Shown here one piece after another: positions 52,950-64,000 of a DNA stretch of 64,000 bases. The notes beneath the pieces were generated by a model, which was not told the DNA's origin, ran no database searches, and was given only the letters and a program-made list of their open reading frames with translations. Position 1 is the first letter of the stretch. Each line of letters starts with the position of its first letter. Source of the stretch: Octopus vulgaris (Eukaryota); NCBI GenBank assembly GCA_951406725.2, contig OX597825.1:29202001-29266000 (forward strand), in the 5' to 3' direction. Made by a program: the position numbers and the translations under genes.

Positions 52950-53357
52950 TTAGTCTTTTACTTGTTTCAGTCATTTGATTGCGGCCATGCTGGAGCACCG
53001 CCTTTAATCGAGCAACTCGACCCCGGGACTTATTCTTTGTAAGCCCAGTAGTTATTCTATCGGTCTCTTTTTGCCAAACCGCTAAGTGACGGGGACATAA
53101 ACACACCAGCATCAGTTGTCAAGCAATGCTAAGGGGACGAACACAGACACACATACATACACGCACCCATATATACATATATATACATATATACAATGGG
53201 CTTCTTTCAGTTTCCGTCTACCAAATCCACTCACAAGGCTTTGGTCGGCCTGAGGCTATAGTAGAAGACACTTGCCCAAGGTGCCATGCAGTGGGAATGA
53301 ACCCGGAACCATGTGGTTGGTAAACAAGCTACTTACCACACAGCCACTCCTGCGCCT
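52950..53357 (-). mobile_element. Young family A SINE inserted in opposite orientation into an older family A copy (about 52740-52945 and 53400-53560)
   Basis: Complete minus-strand family A copy. A degenerate plus-strand head lies to its left and a degenerate tail to its right. Confidence 0.88.
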
Positions 53358-53897
53358 ATATGTATGTATGTAATGTATATATATATATACATATATATAT
53401 ACATTTGGATGTATGTGTATGTGTATCTTAGAGTTTGTGCTTGTCTCCCACTGCTTGTTTATTCTCATTGTTGTTTTTCTGTGTCCTTGTGACCTAGTAG
53501 TTCAGCAAAAAAGACTAATAGAATAAATTAAGTACTGGGGTTGGTTCATTCGACTAACCCAACCATATGAAAAGAGGCTATTGTTAAGGTTTAGTCCCAC
53601 AAGAGCTTTTATTGACAAGACCTATCATTAAAGACTATCCAGCCATGACTACTACATCTTTATTGCAGACAGCGTCTCTAACATTATGCTATCCAATGTG
53701 TGACTTCTATATGTTAGATGATCATGGTGTGTGATTTAAGGGAAATTTTGCTGCTATTTTTAGCAAGTTGGGGGACCAAGTAGAAGCCGTAAGCAGTGGT
53801 AGAGATATGGAATTAACGAAATTTACGATCAATTCAGTTCTTTGAGGAGAATTACCAGTGATTAATCAACATTAAGAGATTACTTTTACATCTGCAT

Positions 53898-53911
53898 GTT
53901 GCTATGGCAAC
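53898..53911. promoter_or_regulatory. RFX X-box-like motif
   Basis: GTTGCTATGGCAAC, a near-perfect palindromic match to the GTTNCCATGGNAAC consensus, in unique sequence. Confidence 0.3.
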
Positions 53912-54615
53912 AGAACATTAGCATTGGTCTTGTAGATATTTTGCTTTCAAAGACACAGTATGTAAAAGAATTTCTGAGAAAACTTTCATTGAATTTAGTT
54001 GTGATATTGCATAGATTTCTTAGATTGATTCCATTCAGTTGTGTTGTGGGGGGAAATTAAATTGATGCAGTTTCTGTGAAGAAATGACCTGCAGTTAATG
54101 CTTACTCCAAGAGGATTTGAACCTGGAACACAAAAGTAGTGACTTGAATATTCAGTTCAGTTGTACTCAGCTTTTAAAGATGATGACTTTTGCAATGCAA
54201 AACTTGAGTTCTAGCAAATGCATGAGGCCAGATATTTGTGCTGATAGGAACAGTTGAATATGTGACTGGCATTATATTTTCTTGAACCCAGAGGAATGAC
54301 AGACAAAATTGACCACAGCAGGATTTGAACTCAGAATGCAAAAGGCCCCAATATATACAAAAAAAAGCACTTTGTCCACCACTCTAAGGATTCTGCCAAC
54401 CTTGCTAAAGCTGATATACAGCCACACGGAATCTGCCTCTTATGTGAAAAGCATTTTATTGAAACCAATAAACAAAAAGACCAACATCACAATAATAAGT
54501 CTCTGTGTGTATATTTATGTGTGTTATTGTTATAAATTATATTCATTATTTGTGAATATTGTGTGTGTGTATGTGTGTGTGTGTATGTGTGTGTGTGTAT
54601 GTGTGTGTGTGTGTT

Positions 54616-54820
54616 AGGTGGTGAGCTGGTGAAATTGTTAGTGCACCAGACAAATTGTTTAGGGGTATTTCATTCACCTGTACATTCTGAGTTCAAATTC
54701 CACCAAGATCAACTTTGCCTTTCATTCTTTTGGGGTTGATAAAATAAGCAGCAATCGATGTAATTCAACTTCCACCTCTGCTTGAAAACTGCTGGTACTG
54801 TGCTAAAATTTGAAACCATT
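54616..54820 (+). mobile_element. Family B-variant SINE, diverged
   Basis: aggtggtgagctgg...ttctgagttcaaattccaccaagatcaactttgcctttcattc. Confidence 0.82.
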
Positions 54821-54825
54821 ATACA

Positions 54826-54990
54826 GGTGTAGTAGTGGTTATGTGGTAAGAAGTTTGCTTCTCAACCACATAGATCCGGGTTCAGTCCCATTGCGTGGCA
54901 CACTCAGCAAGTGTCCATTACTATAGCCTTGAGCCAACCAAAGTCTTGTGAGTGGACTTGGTAGACAGAAACTGAAAGAAGCCCATCTCA
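54826..54990 (+). mobile_element. SINE family A, 5' half
   Basis: gtggttatgtggtaagaagtttgc...GGTTCAGTCCC...gaaactgaaagaagccc. Confidence 0.85.
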
Positions 54991-55109
54991 TATATATATA
55001 TATATAAATATGTGTGTGTGTGTGGGTGGGTGGGTATATATATATACCCACAGTTCAATTTGAAAAATCCACCAGAATGAACGAAAGCGTTAATATATGA
55101 TATAAACTA

Positions 55110-55223
55110 TATGATGTATAAAAACATGTAATATACAAATAAATATCTGTAAATATAAAACCATCCGAATTTCTGAATACCTCATTTCTTCTAATATAAA
55201 ATACCTGTACATCATCTCCAAAC

Positions 55224-55279
<56 letters not shown>

Positions 55280-55381
55280 TATAAAACATGTAATATACAA
55301 ATAAATATCTGTAAATATAAAACCATCGAATTTCTGAATATATTTCTTCTAATATAAAATACCTGTACATCATCTCCAAAC

Positions 55382-55390
<9 letters not shown>
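55110..55390. repeat. Tandem duplication of an about 120-bp unit, each copy followed by (TA)n
   Basis: tatgatgtataaaacatgtaatatacaaataaatatctg...catcatctccaaactt at about 55110 and about 55273. Confidence 0.9.
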
Positions 55391-55436
<46 letters not shown>

Positions 55437-55495
55437 TTACACACACACACTGTGAGCAAATATGTAAGGTTTTTAATTTATCTATTGTACTATTA

Positions 55496-55534
<39 letters not shown>

Positions 55535-56008
55535 CTCTACTATTCAGATCTGCAATAATAAAAGCTTCAATGCTTAAACCCATTGATTCATTGCCATGTG
55601 TGTAAGAATTCTGAGAATTCAGCATATTATAGCATTAACACTGATTATTTTGATAGCTAAACTGTGAAATTCTTGATAAATGATATGTGAAGCATATTAA
55701 TATGTCCACAATTGAACTGACTTCATTTAAATGCTAATGATGTTTTGACATTTTTAGAATAAATAATATTTAAAAAAAGAACCGTTTTAAGAACCGTCTT
55801 AGAATATTCATGAATTGGAATTATTCGAATTATTCGTTTGTTTTTATACAATCAATCTTAATTTGGTCTTATTTTTACGATGCCATGATCAAATGCTTTT
55901 CACCAAATTTCAGATGTGCTTTAAAATTTCATTAATTTTTCTCTCCAAGTGCACTCCCTTATTAATTAGAAATACAATTTCACAGTAATTAGTTTAGAAT
56001 ATTTGCCC

Positions 56009-56058
<50 letters not shown>

Positions 56059-56326
56059 TGTGTGTATGTGCATATATATATATATTTATTCAGAAAAAGG
56101 ATGTAGTCAGAATTTTGGTAAGAGTGATAGATAAAATTAGATACATAGATATGTTTAGGTAAAATTTTTGTGAAATACATGGAAACCTCCTCTTGCAGAT
56201 TTGGCAAACAAACTACATAGTAATCCAATACAGTAGAGTATAATGCCAAGTTCCATACACTTGAAGTCTGGAAAACCTGGTCAACAAACTTATTTCATGA
56301 AAAGTATATAAACCATAACAGTCAGA

Positions 56327-56678
56327 AGGTATGAGAGGTGGATATATTTATTTAACCACTTTTCATCTACGAGATTATAGCCATTTCAAAACCTTCATCA
56401 TGTAATCATAATTTCAGTGTGGAATAGATTATGCCTAGATGTCTGCACTAATATGCATATTATGCATATTATACATTATACAATACAATTGTATATTCAC
56501 AAATCATTGCAGATAAATATACAATTGTATTGTATAATGCATACTATGCACATTGGTGCAGACATGTAAACATAATTTACTATACACTGAAATTATTTCT
56601 TATACGAAGAAGGCTACGAAACAGCTGTAACCCAAAGGATGACAAGTGGTTTAATAAATACATTCACCTCACATACCT
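56327..56678. repeat. Long imperfect inverted repeat (arms about 165 bp) with a decayed hammerhead-like core in each arm
   Basis: aggtatgagaggtg...tacaattgtatatt pairs with aatatacaattgta...cacctcacatacct. The right arm has cgaagaaggctacGAAACAGCTGTAa followed by AATAAA. Confidence 0.8.
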
Positions 56679-58020
56679 CACTGCCATGAGACTCAACCTC
56701 TTGAAATGAATAGAACCTTCCCTTCATGCTATAAGAGTTGAGGGTTCACAAATCCTAACAAAATTAGCCATCCTAACAAAATTAGACTTTAGTCTAATTA
56801 TTACGACTACTATTGTTGTTGTTGTTATTGACAGTGCTGTAGATGGTATTCTTAGAATAGCTATTATAGTTATGTTGTTCCAAATGGTAATTTTGTTATT
56901 GCTACCTCGCTGTTAAATGTCTGTAAATAACAATTTGATCGTGGTTTAAAAAAATATATATTGTAGTTTTGGCAAATTTAAACTATATTTCTGATCTAGC
57001 TTGGAGATGCAGAAAATATTTTATTTCTCCAATGCATGTATGTACAGATACATGTATATATAAGTGTGTAAGTGTGTATACATGTATGTATGTATGTATG
57101 TATGTATGTATGTATGTGTGTGTGTATGTATGTATGTATGTGTATGTTTATATATATATATATATACACATGTGTGTGCATATATATATATATACACACA
57201 CAGATACACACAGTGCACATATACACATATATGTCTTTATATTCTTGTGTATGTGTATATACATATGTAATTATGCATATGCACATCTATACATATATAT
57301 ATGTATACACACTCATACACACACACATATAAATACATATATATATGTATTTATATATACATATATATATGTATATATATATACATATATATATGTATAT
57401 ATATATACATATATTATGTACATATACACACATGTAGATAGACAGATAGATAGATATAGGTATATATATGTGTATATATTTATATCTATATATCAGTGCA
57501 CATTCGTACACTTCTCACAGACATACTTACACACACACACGTGTGTGTGCATGTGTAAATATGCATATATCTTTATACGTATGAGTCCGTGTGTTAAATA
57601 CCCTCCCACAAAAACAGGAACATTGCTGAAAATATTTGTTAGGTCTCAAGACCAGAGAATCTAGAAATCAACAGTTATTTACTGTTTGCTATTTCGGATA
57701 TTCAATTTACCAAAGATAGAATAACACAGCAGCTAGCTCACTAGCTTTTCTGTGTTGGAGAGATCGTGCAAACACGGTTCAGCTAGCTTTGTATTGCATT
57801 CTATGAGGGTAGGAAAGGAAAATAAAAACATTTCTGAAAGTTATGCAAAGAAAATAATAATTTAGAAAACCTCTTCCAGAACTAAGAGATATTCTGATTT
57901 TTATACCAGCTCTAAACTGTCTATAAATAAAATAATAAAAATAAAAATGATAAAAATATATATATGTGGGTATGTTGTATTTGCACAAAAATACAAAATG
58001 ATACATACAAACATATAAGC

Positions 58021-58074
<54 letters not shown>

Positions 58075-58075
58075 G

Positions 58076-58106
<31 letters not shown>

Positions 58107-58345
58107 CTGTGTGTTTATATATATATTTATAAATATGTATACACACACACACACATATTTATATATGTATATATATGTATGTATATGTATATGCATAAAG
58201 ACAAATACACATACACTTATACACAAACATATGCATGCGCATACACACACATATATAGATTCTTGGCATTTCTTATATGGAAGCCAAAATAGAAAAATAG
58301 ACAGAATACTTTTGTGTTAGTTTTTCCTCATTTTACCATTTATTT

Positions 58346-58402
<57 letters not shown>

Positions 58403-58460
58403 ATATATATATATATATATATATATATAAGATATATATAAATATAGATATGATATATAA

Positions 58461-58494
<34 letters not shown>

Positions 58495-58749
58495 AGGGAG
58501 AGAGAGAGAGAGGCAGAGAGACAGAGATATTCTATATATATGTATTTATGTATTCACTGGGTTGAGAAGGCACTGTATGAGACAAACTTTTGGTGTAAAA
58601 CAATATATTTTCATGATGCTAGTCATTATTTTATCAGAAAAAAACTTCCTGTAATATTTAATCTAAGCAAAATATGTGTACATATATACATACATATACA
58701 TATATATATATATATAAATATATATATGTATATATATATCTTATTGTTT

Positions 58750-59290
58750 ATCTTTTACTTGTTTCAATTATTACACTGCGTTCATGCTGGAGCACCATCT
58801 TGAAAAACTTTTATTCAAACAAAATGGGAGCCTGGTGCAGCCACCTGGTTCGCCAGCCCTCAGTCAAAATCGTCCAACACATGCTAGCATGGAAAGCGGA
58901 CGTTAAACGATGATGATGATGAATCTATCTCAGTACCCTTTTTTTAAAGGCTGTTTCTTATTCTATAAGTCTCCTTTGCCAACCTGCTAAGATATGGGGA
59001 AGAAACACTCTGGCACAAGTTGTCAAACAGTTGTAGGAGACAAATACAGACTCACATGCGTGCACACACACACACACACACATTCACACACACACATACA
59101 TGTACTCACACACTCACACACACCTATAAAACAGGCGACTTTCAGCCTCTATCTACGAAGTCCACTAGCAAGGCTTTGGTCACCATGAAGTTAAAGCAGA
59201 AGACACTCGCCCAAGATGTCACACGGTGGGACTGAACCCAGAACCATGTGGTTGGGAAACAAACTGCTTACCACAGAACCACAACCTGGA
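58750..59290 (-). mobile_element. Old family A SINE interrupted by a family C 3' fragment (plus strand, about 58826-58921)
   Basis: Family A tail tcttttacttgtttc, then the insert ggagcctggtgcagcc...gttaaacgatgatgatgat, then the family A body and head. Confidence 0.82.
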
Positions 59291-59585
59291 CCTATATAAT
59301 CTGAGAAGCTTACAGCACCAAGGTTTCCCTTACAGTCATTCATATAAGTACTAACTAGGCTCGACATTGCTGAACTTTGGTGATCAGACAAGAATCTGTA
59401 CAATATGTATGTATATAAATATGGCAAAAATAAGAAGACATATACCACTTGTGAATTTCTAAGAAATAATACAAATGCCAATAATATATTTATCAACTTT
59501 TGCCTCTGTTTCTGTTCTTATAACAATCAGTAGTGTTGTTGTTGTAAAATAATTACATTATTGTTTTCGAATCAAAACAGTTTGT

Positions 59586-59659
59586 TGATTTGCTCGACTA
59601 AAGGCGGTGCTCCAGCATGGCCACAGTCAAATGACTGAAACAAGTAAAAGAGTAAAGAG
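59586..59659 (+). mobile_element. SINE family A, 5'-truncated 3' end
   Basis: gatttgctcgactaaaggcggtgctccagcatggccacagtcaaatgactgaaacaagtaaaagagtaaagag. Confidence 0.88.
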
Positions 59660-60173
59660 TTCTTATCCCAACACACTCATTTTTTTTTCTTGCTTCATCA
59701 AGCTATCCCCACTAATAACACTGGTACACTACCATTCACATCAATTGCTCAAGCAGTAAAGAAGTATTTATGGAGAACATTTTTGTTACTGGTCTTTATT
59801 TCCGTATGTTTTACTTGAACAAAGCGTTAGACAAACCAAATGAAGAATTCCTCAGTAGCCAAATTTTCTTCGTTTCAAACTCAATTGCCTGGAAGAATTT
59901 AAGGACACATTGGATAACATCATAATCAATAAACTGCTTTTGAATCAAGAGTTGGAATGATCAAAGTGAAATGCATTTGATCGTGTATCTTCTTTATCAC
60001 AACTGACCTAGGGCTAAAAAAACATAGTCTTGCTCTCATGTCTTTATATGTATTTGTTGCATGCATATTTGCTCTTCTCTGTCTATGTATGTACTTATGT
60101 ATGTATGTATGTATGTATGTATGTATGTATGTATGTCCGTATGTATATATGTATCTATCCCCACCTCTTTCTC

Positions 60174-60227
<54 letters not shown>

Positions 60228-60482
60228 ATATATGAGAAAATTAAATGACAAAGGAATAAATCGATTATCTTCTGAACTTCATTAGCTTACAGCTAGCAGA
60301 GAAACAGCTGTACAGTAATGAAGATAATTGTTAATTCCTTTGTCATCTCATTTTCTTGTTACTCCTCTCATCAAACACTTCATTCTGAAGCATGCATATA
60401 TTGAGTTTAACACCAAGTTATTAGTCTCACACTGGGTTAAGAGGAATATATACATATATATATATATATATGTATATGTATT

Positions 60483-60710
60483 AAAATTGTATAATTATGA
60501 GTATAATTATAATTAGGGTTCAGCAAAATTTGCTTCACCACATACCGAAATTTAGAAATAGCAGTTAAACTACTGTTTTACTACCATAAGAAAATCTCCC
60601 AGATTATGGTAGTAAAATAGTAGTTTAACTGCTATTTCTAAATTTCGGCATGTGTTGAAGCAAATTTTGCTGAACCCTAATTATAATTATACTCATAATT
60701 ATAGAATTTT
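60483..60710. repeat. Near-perfect inverted repeat (arms about 107 bp, spacer about 14 bp)
   Basis: ataattatgagtataattataattagggttcagcaaaatttgcttca...ctaccataa pairs with ttatggtag...tgaagcaaattttgctgaaccctaattataattatactcataattat. Confidence 0.92.
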
Positions 60711-60843
60711 TGTATAAGTTTACCAATAATGGTTCTTTTAACATAGCAAACTATTTGGTAAAATTATTGATTATTAATTAATTAATTAATTAATTTTACC
60801 CTTTATTATTATATGTATATGTATATATATATGTGTGTGAGTG

Positions 60844-60875
<32 letters not shown>

Positions 60876-62006
60876 CACACATACACACACACATATATAC
60901 ACACACAAATGCACACACACATATATGTACACACACAGCAGTCCCTTGACTGTTGTTATGTTCCAAAACATTCTGCGATTGGTGAAAATCTGCAAAGTAG
61001 AAACAGTACTGTACTGTATATTTATTTTATTATTTTTATAATTTTTATATATTCATTTAATCATAAATGCAAAACAACAACACAGAGGAATCAACTTAAG
61101 CTGAAATAATGAAATAATAAACCGTGATAAGTGAACCACGATATGGTGAGGGATTACTGTATATATATGTATATATATAATATTTCTGTATTTTATATTA
61201 TATATATATATACATATAATACACATATATGTATTATATATTATATGTATATATGTATACATGTATACATACATACACTCACACACATGTATGTAAATAC
61301 TCACATATATACTTCATACATTGAGGTTTCATTTTGCTCTTCGCTATTACCATCTCTTTCAACTCCATCCCATACACCCCCACTCTCTCTCTCTTCTGTT
61401 ATGTGAATTAGCCATGTAGATCCTCTACAGAAAGAAACCTGTTCTAATCTGGACATGTCTCTTGTACATTAACCTGTCGTCTCCTAGCACCAGCTATCTC
61501 CTGCTCTTCTCCGGTCCCACCCACTCAGATAGGTTCTTAATTTTGCGAGCTGTATCAGACCCTCACTAGTGCAGGGGAATAAAAAAAAAAGTGCCTTGCA
61601 TATACTCTGAAGGAGGTGGAATTGGAAATGACAACCAGCTATTGAAACCATGGCAAAGCAGACATTAGATCCGTCAGAACCTGTTAAACTGTCTGATCAT
61701 GCAAGAATAGAATATGGATGCTAAATGTTCATGACCACGATGATGATGATAAAGATATATATGAATATACACATACGTATAAACTCACACACATGTACAC
61801 ATATACATATATACACATACAAAGATACATATCTAACATTTGGAGGAAGATTTTCTTAAATAAAAAATTATTATTTAAAAATAAAATCTATAAAAATAAT
61901 GTACTTGAAATGTTGAAAATAGCTAAAAGCACTTACACGAAAATTTCCTCCCATCAGGTCTGTGTTAATCTGCACACTCACACACACACATGCACATGCA
62001 TAAATA

Positions 62007-62095
<89 letters not shown>

Positions 62096-63052
62096 TAGAT
62101 AGATAGAAGATAGATAGATAGATACATACATATATACATACATACATACATACATATATATATACATACATATATATATACATGCATATACATATGACTC
62201 TCTGAAGGTGTCTGTATGAGGGTGTGGATGTTGATGTAAGCATGGTTCTGAGGTGAAGGAGTGCACATTGCAACTTCCATGATTTAGTTTTAGGTTTAGT
62301 CATACTGTGTAGTAGTACTTTGGCTTAGTCTCATGTACTATTGCCCTGGGCCTATTAATGCCTCATGAGCAAATTCAACAAATGCAAATAAAGCAAAAGG
62401 AAGCCCAGTGTGTGTGTACGTGTATGTGTATGTGCATCATATGTGTTAAATATATATGAATATTTATGTGTTGTATATTTATGTGTGTTGCTTTTCAGTT
62501 TAAACCTACATTATTTGCCTATGTAAATAGCTATAAGTGTTAGAGGCATTTTCGAATGCTGCGTATCTGTCTGAGTTTACACATATTTTCACATACACAA
62601 ATACTTGAATCCATAAGTAAATGTATTTGCGTGTGAAATTATACATAATTATGTATACATACATATATATACGAGTGTGCGTATGTTTGTGTAGGTGTGC
62701 CTGTGTGGGTGGATATGTCAGCATGTGTTGATTGCTTCTGCAATCTATAAAACTATGGAAATATTACAAAATAGAAATATTACATGACATTAAAATATTT
62801 AAAATTTCCTATCAATTAGGGAAATAGATTTAAAACACACTCATAAATATTTGAATTGCAGGAGATGGGGAGAAATAACAGATTTATATATATAATATAC
62901 ATGTTATATATACACACATATATATATATTTATTTATACACTTATGTGCACACATATATACACATTCTTTAAATATATATATATGTGTGTGAGTGCTTAT
63001 ATATAGATATAAATGTATATATATGTATATGTATATGTAAATGTATATGTAA

Positions 63053-63089
<37 letters not shown>

Positions 63090-63769
63090 CATAAGTATAT
63101 ATATATATATATATATATTATGTATGTATGTATATATATATATATATATATATATGTCTGTCTGCATATATATGTGTATGTATATGTGAATGTGCAAGTG
63201 TATAAATGTATATATATATATATATATATACACATATATATCAATTAATAAAAGCAAATATTTCAGAATAAAATAGGTGAAATGACTCGAATTCAAGCCT
63301 GCTGAGTTTAAGAATAGAGAAATCACATTTAGTTGTGAACATAATAGAATTTTGTGTCTGTGGCAATGTAATTCAGTAGTTTCGGCTTTTTTAATTTCCT
63401 TCTTCCTTTTCTTTTTTGTCATTGTATCGATTAAAATCATTTTCGCTTCTGTTTATTTTCCATGTTTCTGGACAAATTGGATATTATGACATTTGGGAAC
63501 AACATTAGAGTGTTTCACTTAGTTATTAAGAAAATAACCGTGAGTAAATCTGCTTCACAGCGTCTGGCAATCGAATATTTCAAAGTAAACAATATAGGTT
63601 TTCTCTGCGAGATATAAAGAGAGTATTCTTTCTTAACAGAGCTGATACCTGAACCTCGAAGGAATTCAAACTGTAATGTAGTCAGAGTGTGATCCAATTG
63701 GGGCAGTCTTTCAGCTTAGCCCACCAACCTACTGGGTATGATGGGTATGTCTATACAGGCTTGCACAGG

Positions 63770-64000
63770 AAGGCGGCGAGCTGGCAGAAACATTAGCACA
63801 CCGGGCAAAATGTGTAGCCGTATTTCGTCTGTCGTTACGTTCTGAGTTCAAATTCCGCCGAAGTTGACTTTGCCTTTCATCCTTTCAGGGTTGATAAATT
63901 AAGTACCAGCTACGCACTGGGGGTTGATGTAATTGACTTAATTCCTTTGTTTGTCCTTGTTTGTCCCCTCTATGTTTGGCCCCCTGTGGGTAGTAAAAAA
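63770..64000 (+). mobile_element. SINE family B, essentially full length
   Basis: aaggcggcgagctggcagaaac...GAGTTCAAATTCC...gtttggcccccctgtgggtagtaaa. Confidence 0.93.

Overview
This is AT-rich eukaryotic DNA saturated with microsatellites ((TA)n, (CA)n, (TATC)n, (ATA/ATG)n, (GA)n). Its SINE repertoire and composition point to an octopus (coleoid cephalopod) genome; that is an inference from pattern recognition, not a database hit. No complete protein-coding gene is supported, and nearly every entry in the ORF track is a translated microsatellite or SINE. The window reads as intronic or intergenic sequence, possibly starting with the 3' UTR of a plus-strand gene (about 3.9-5.6 kb). It holds at least five short retroposon families, labelled A-E here, often nested and several with clear target-site duplications (TSDs). 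It also holds 3' fragments of three distinct RTE-clade LINEs, piggyBac-, hAT- and mariner-type MITEs, several long foldbacks, and unique TAAT/octamer-rich blocks that may be enhancers. The most notable signal is a set of minimal type I hammerhead-ribozyme motifs of the Penelope-like-element kind. The best one (minus strand, 45105-45177) has an intact CUGAUGA/GAAA/GUA core and a perfect 7-bp stem I. Coordinates were counted by eye and may be off by a few bases.
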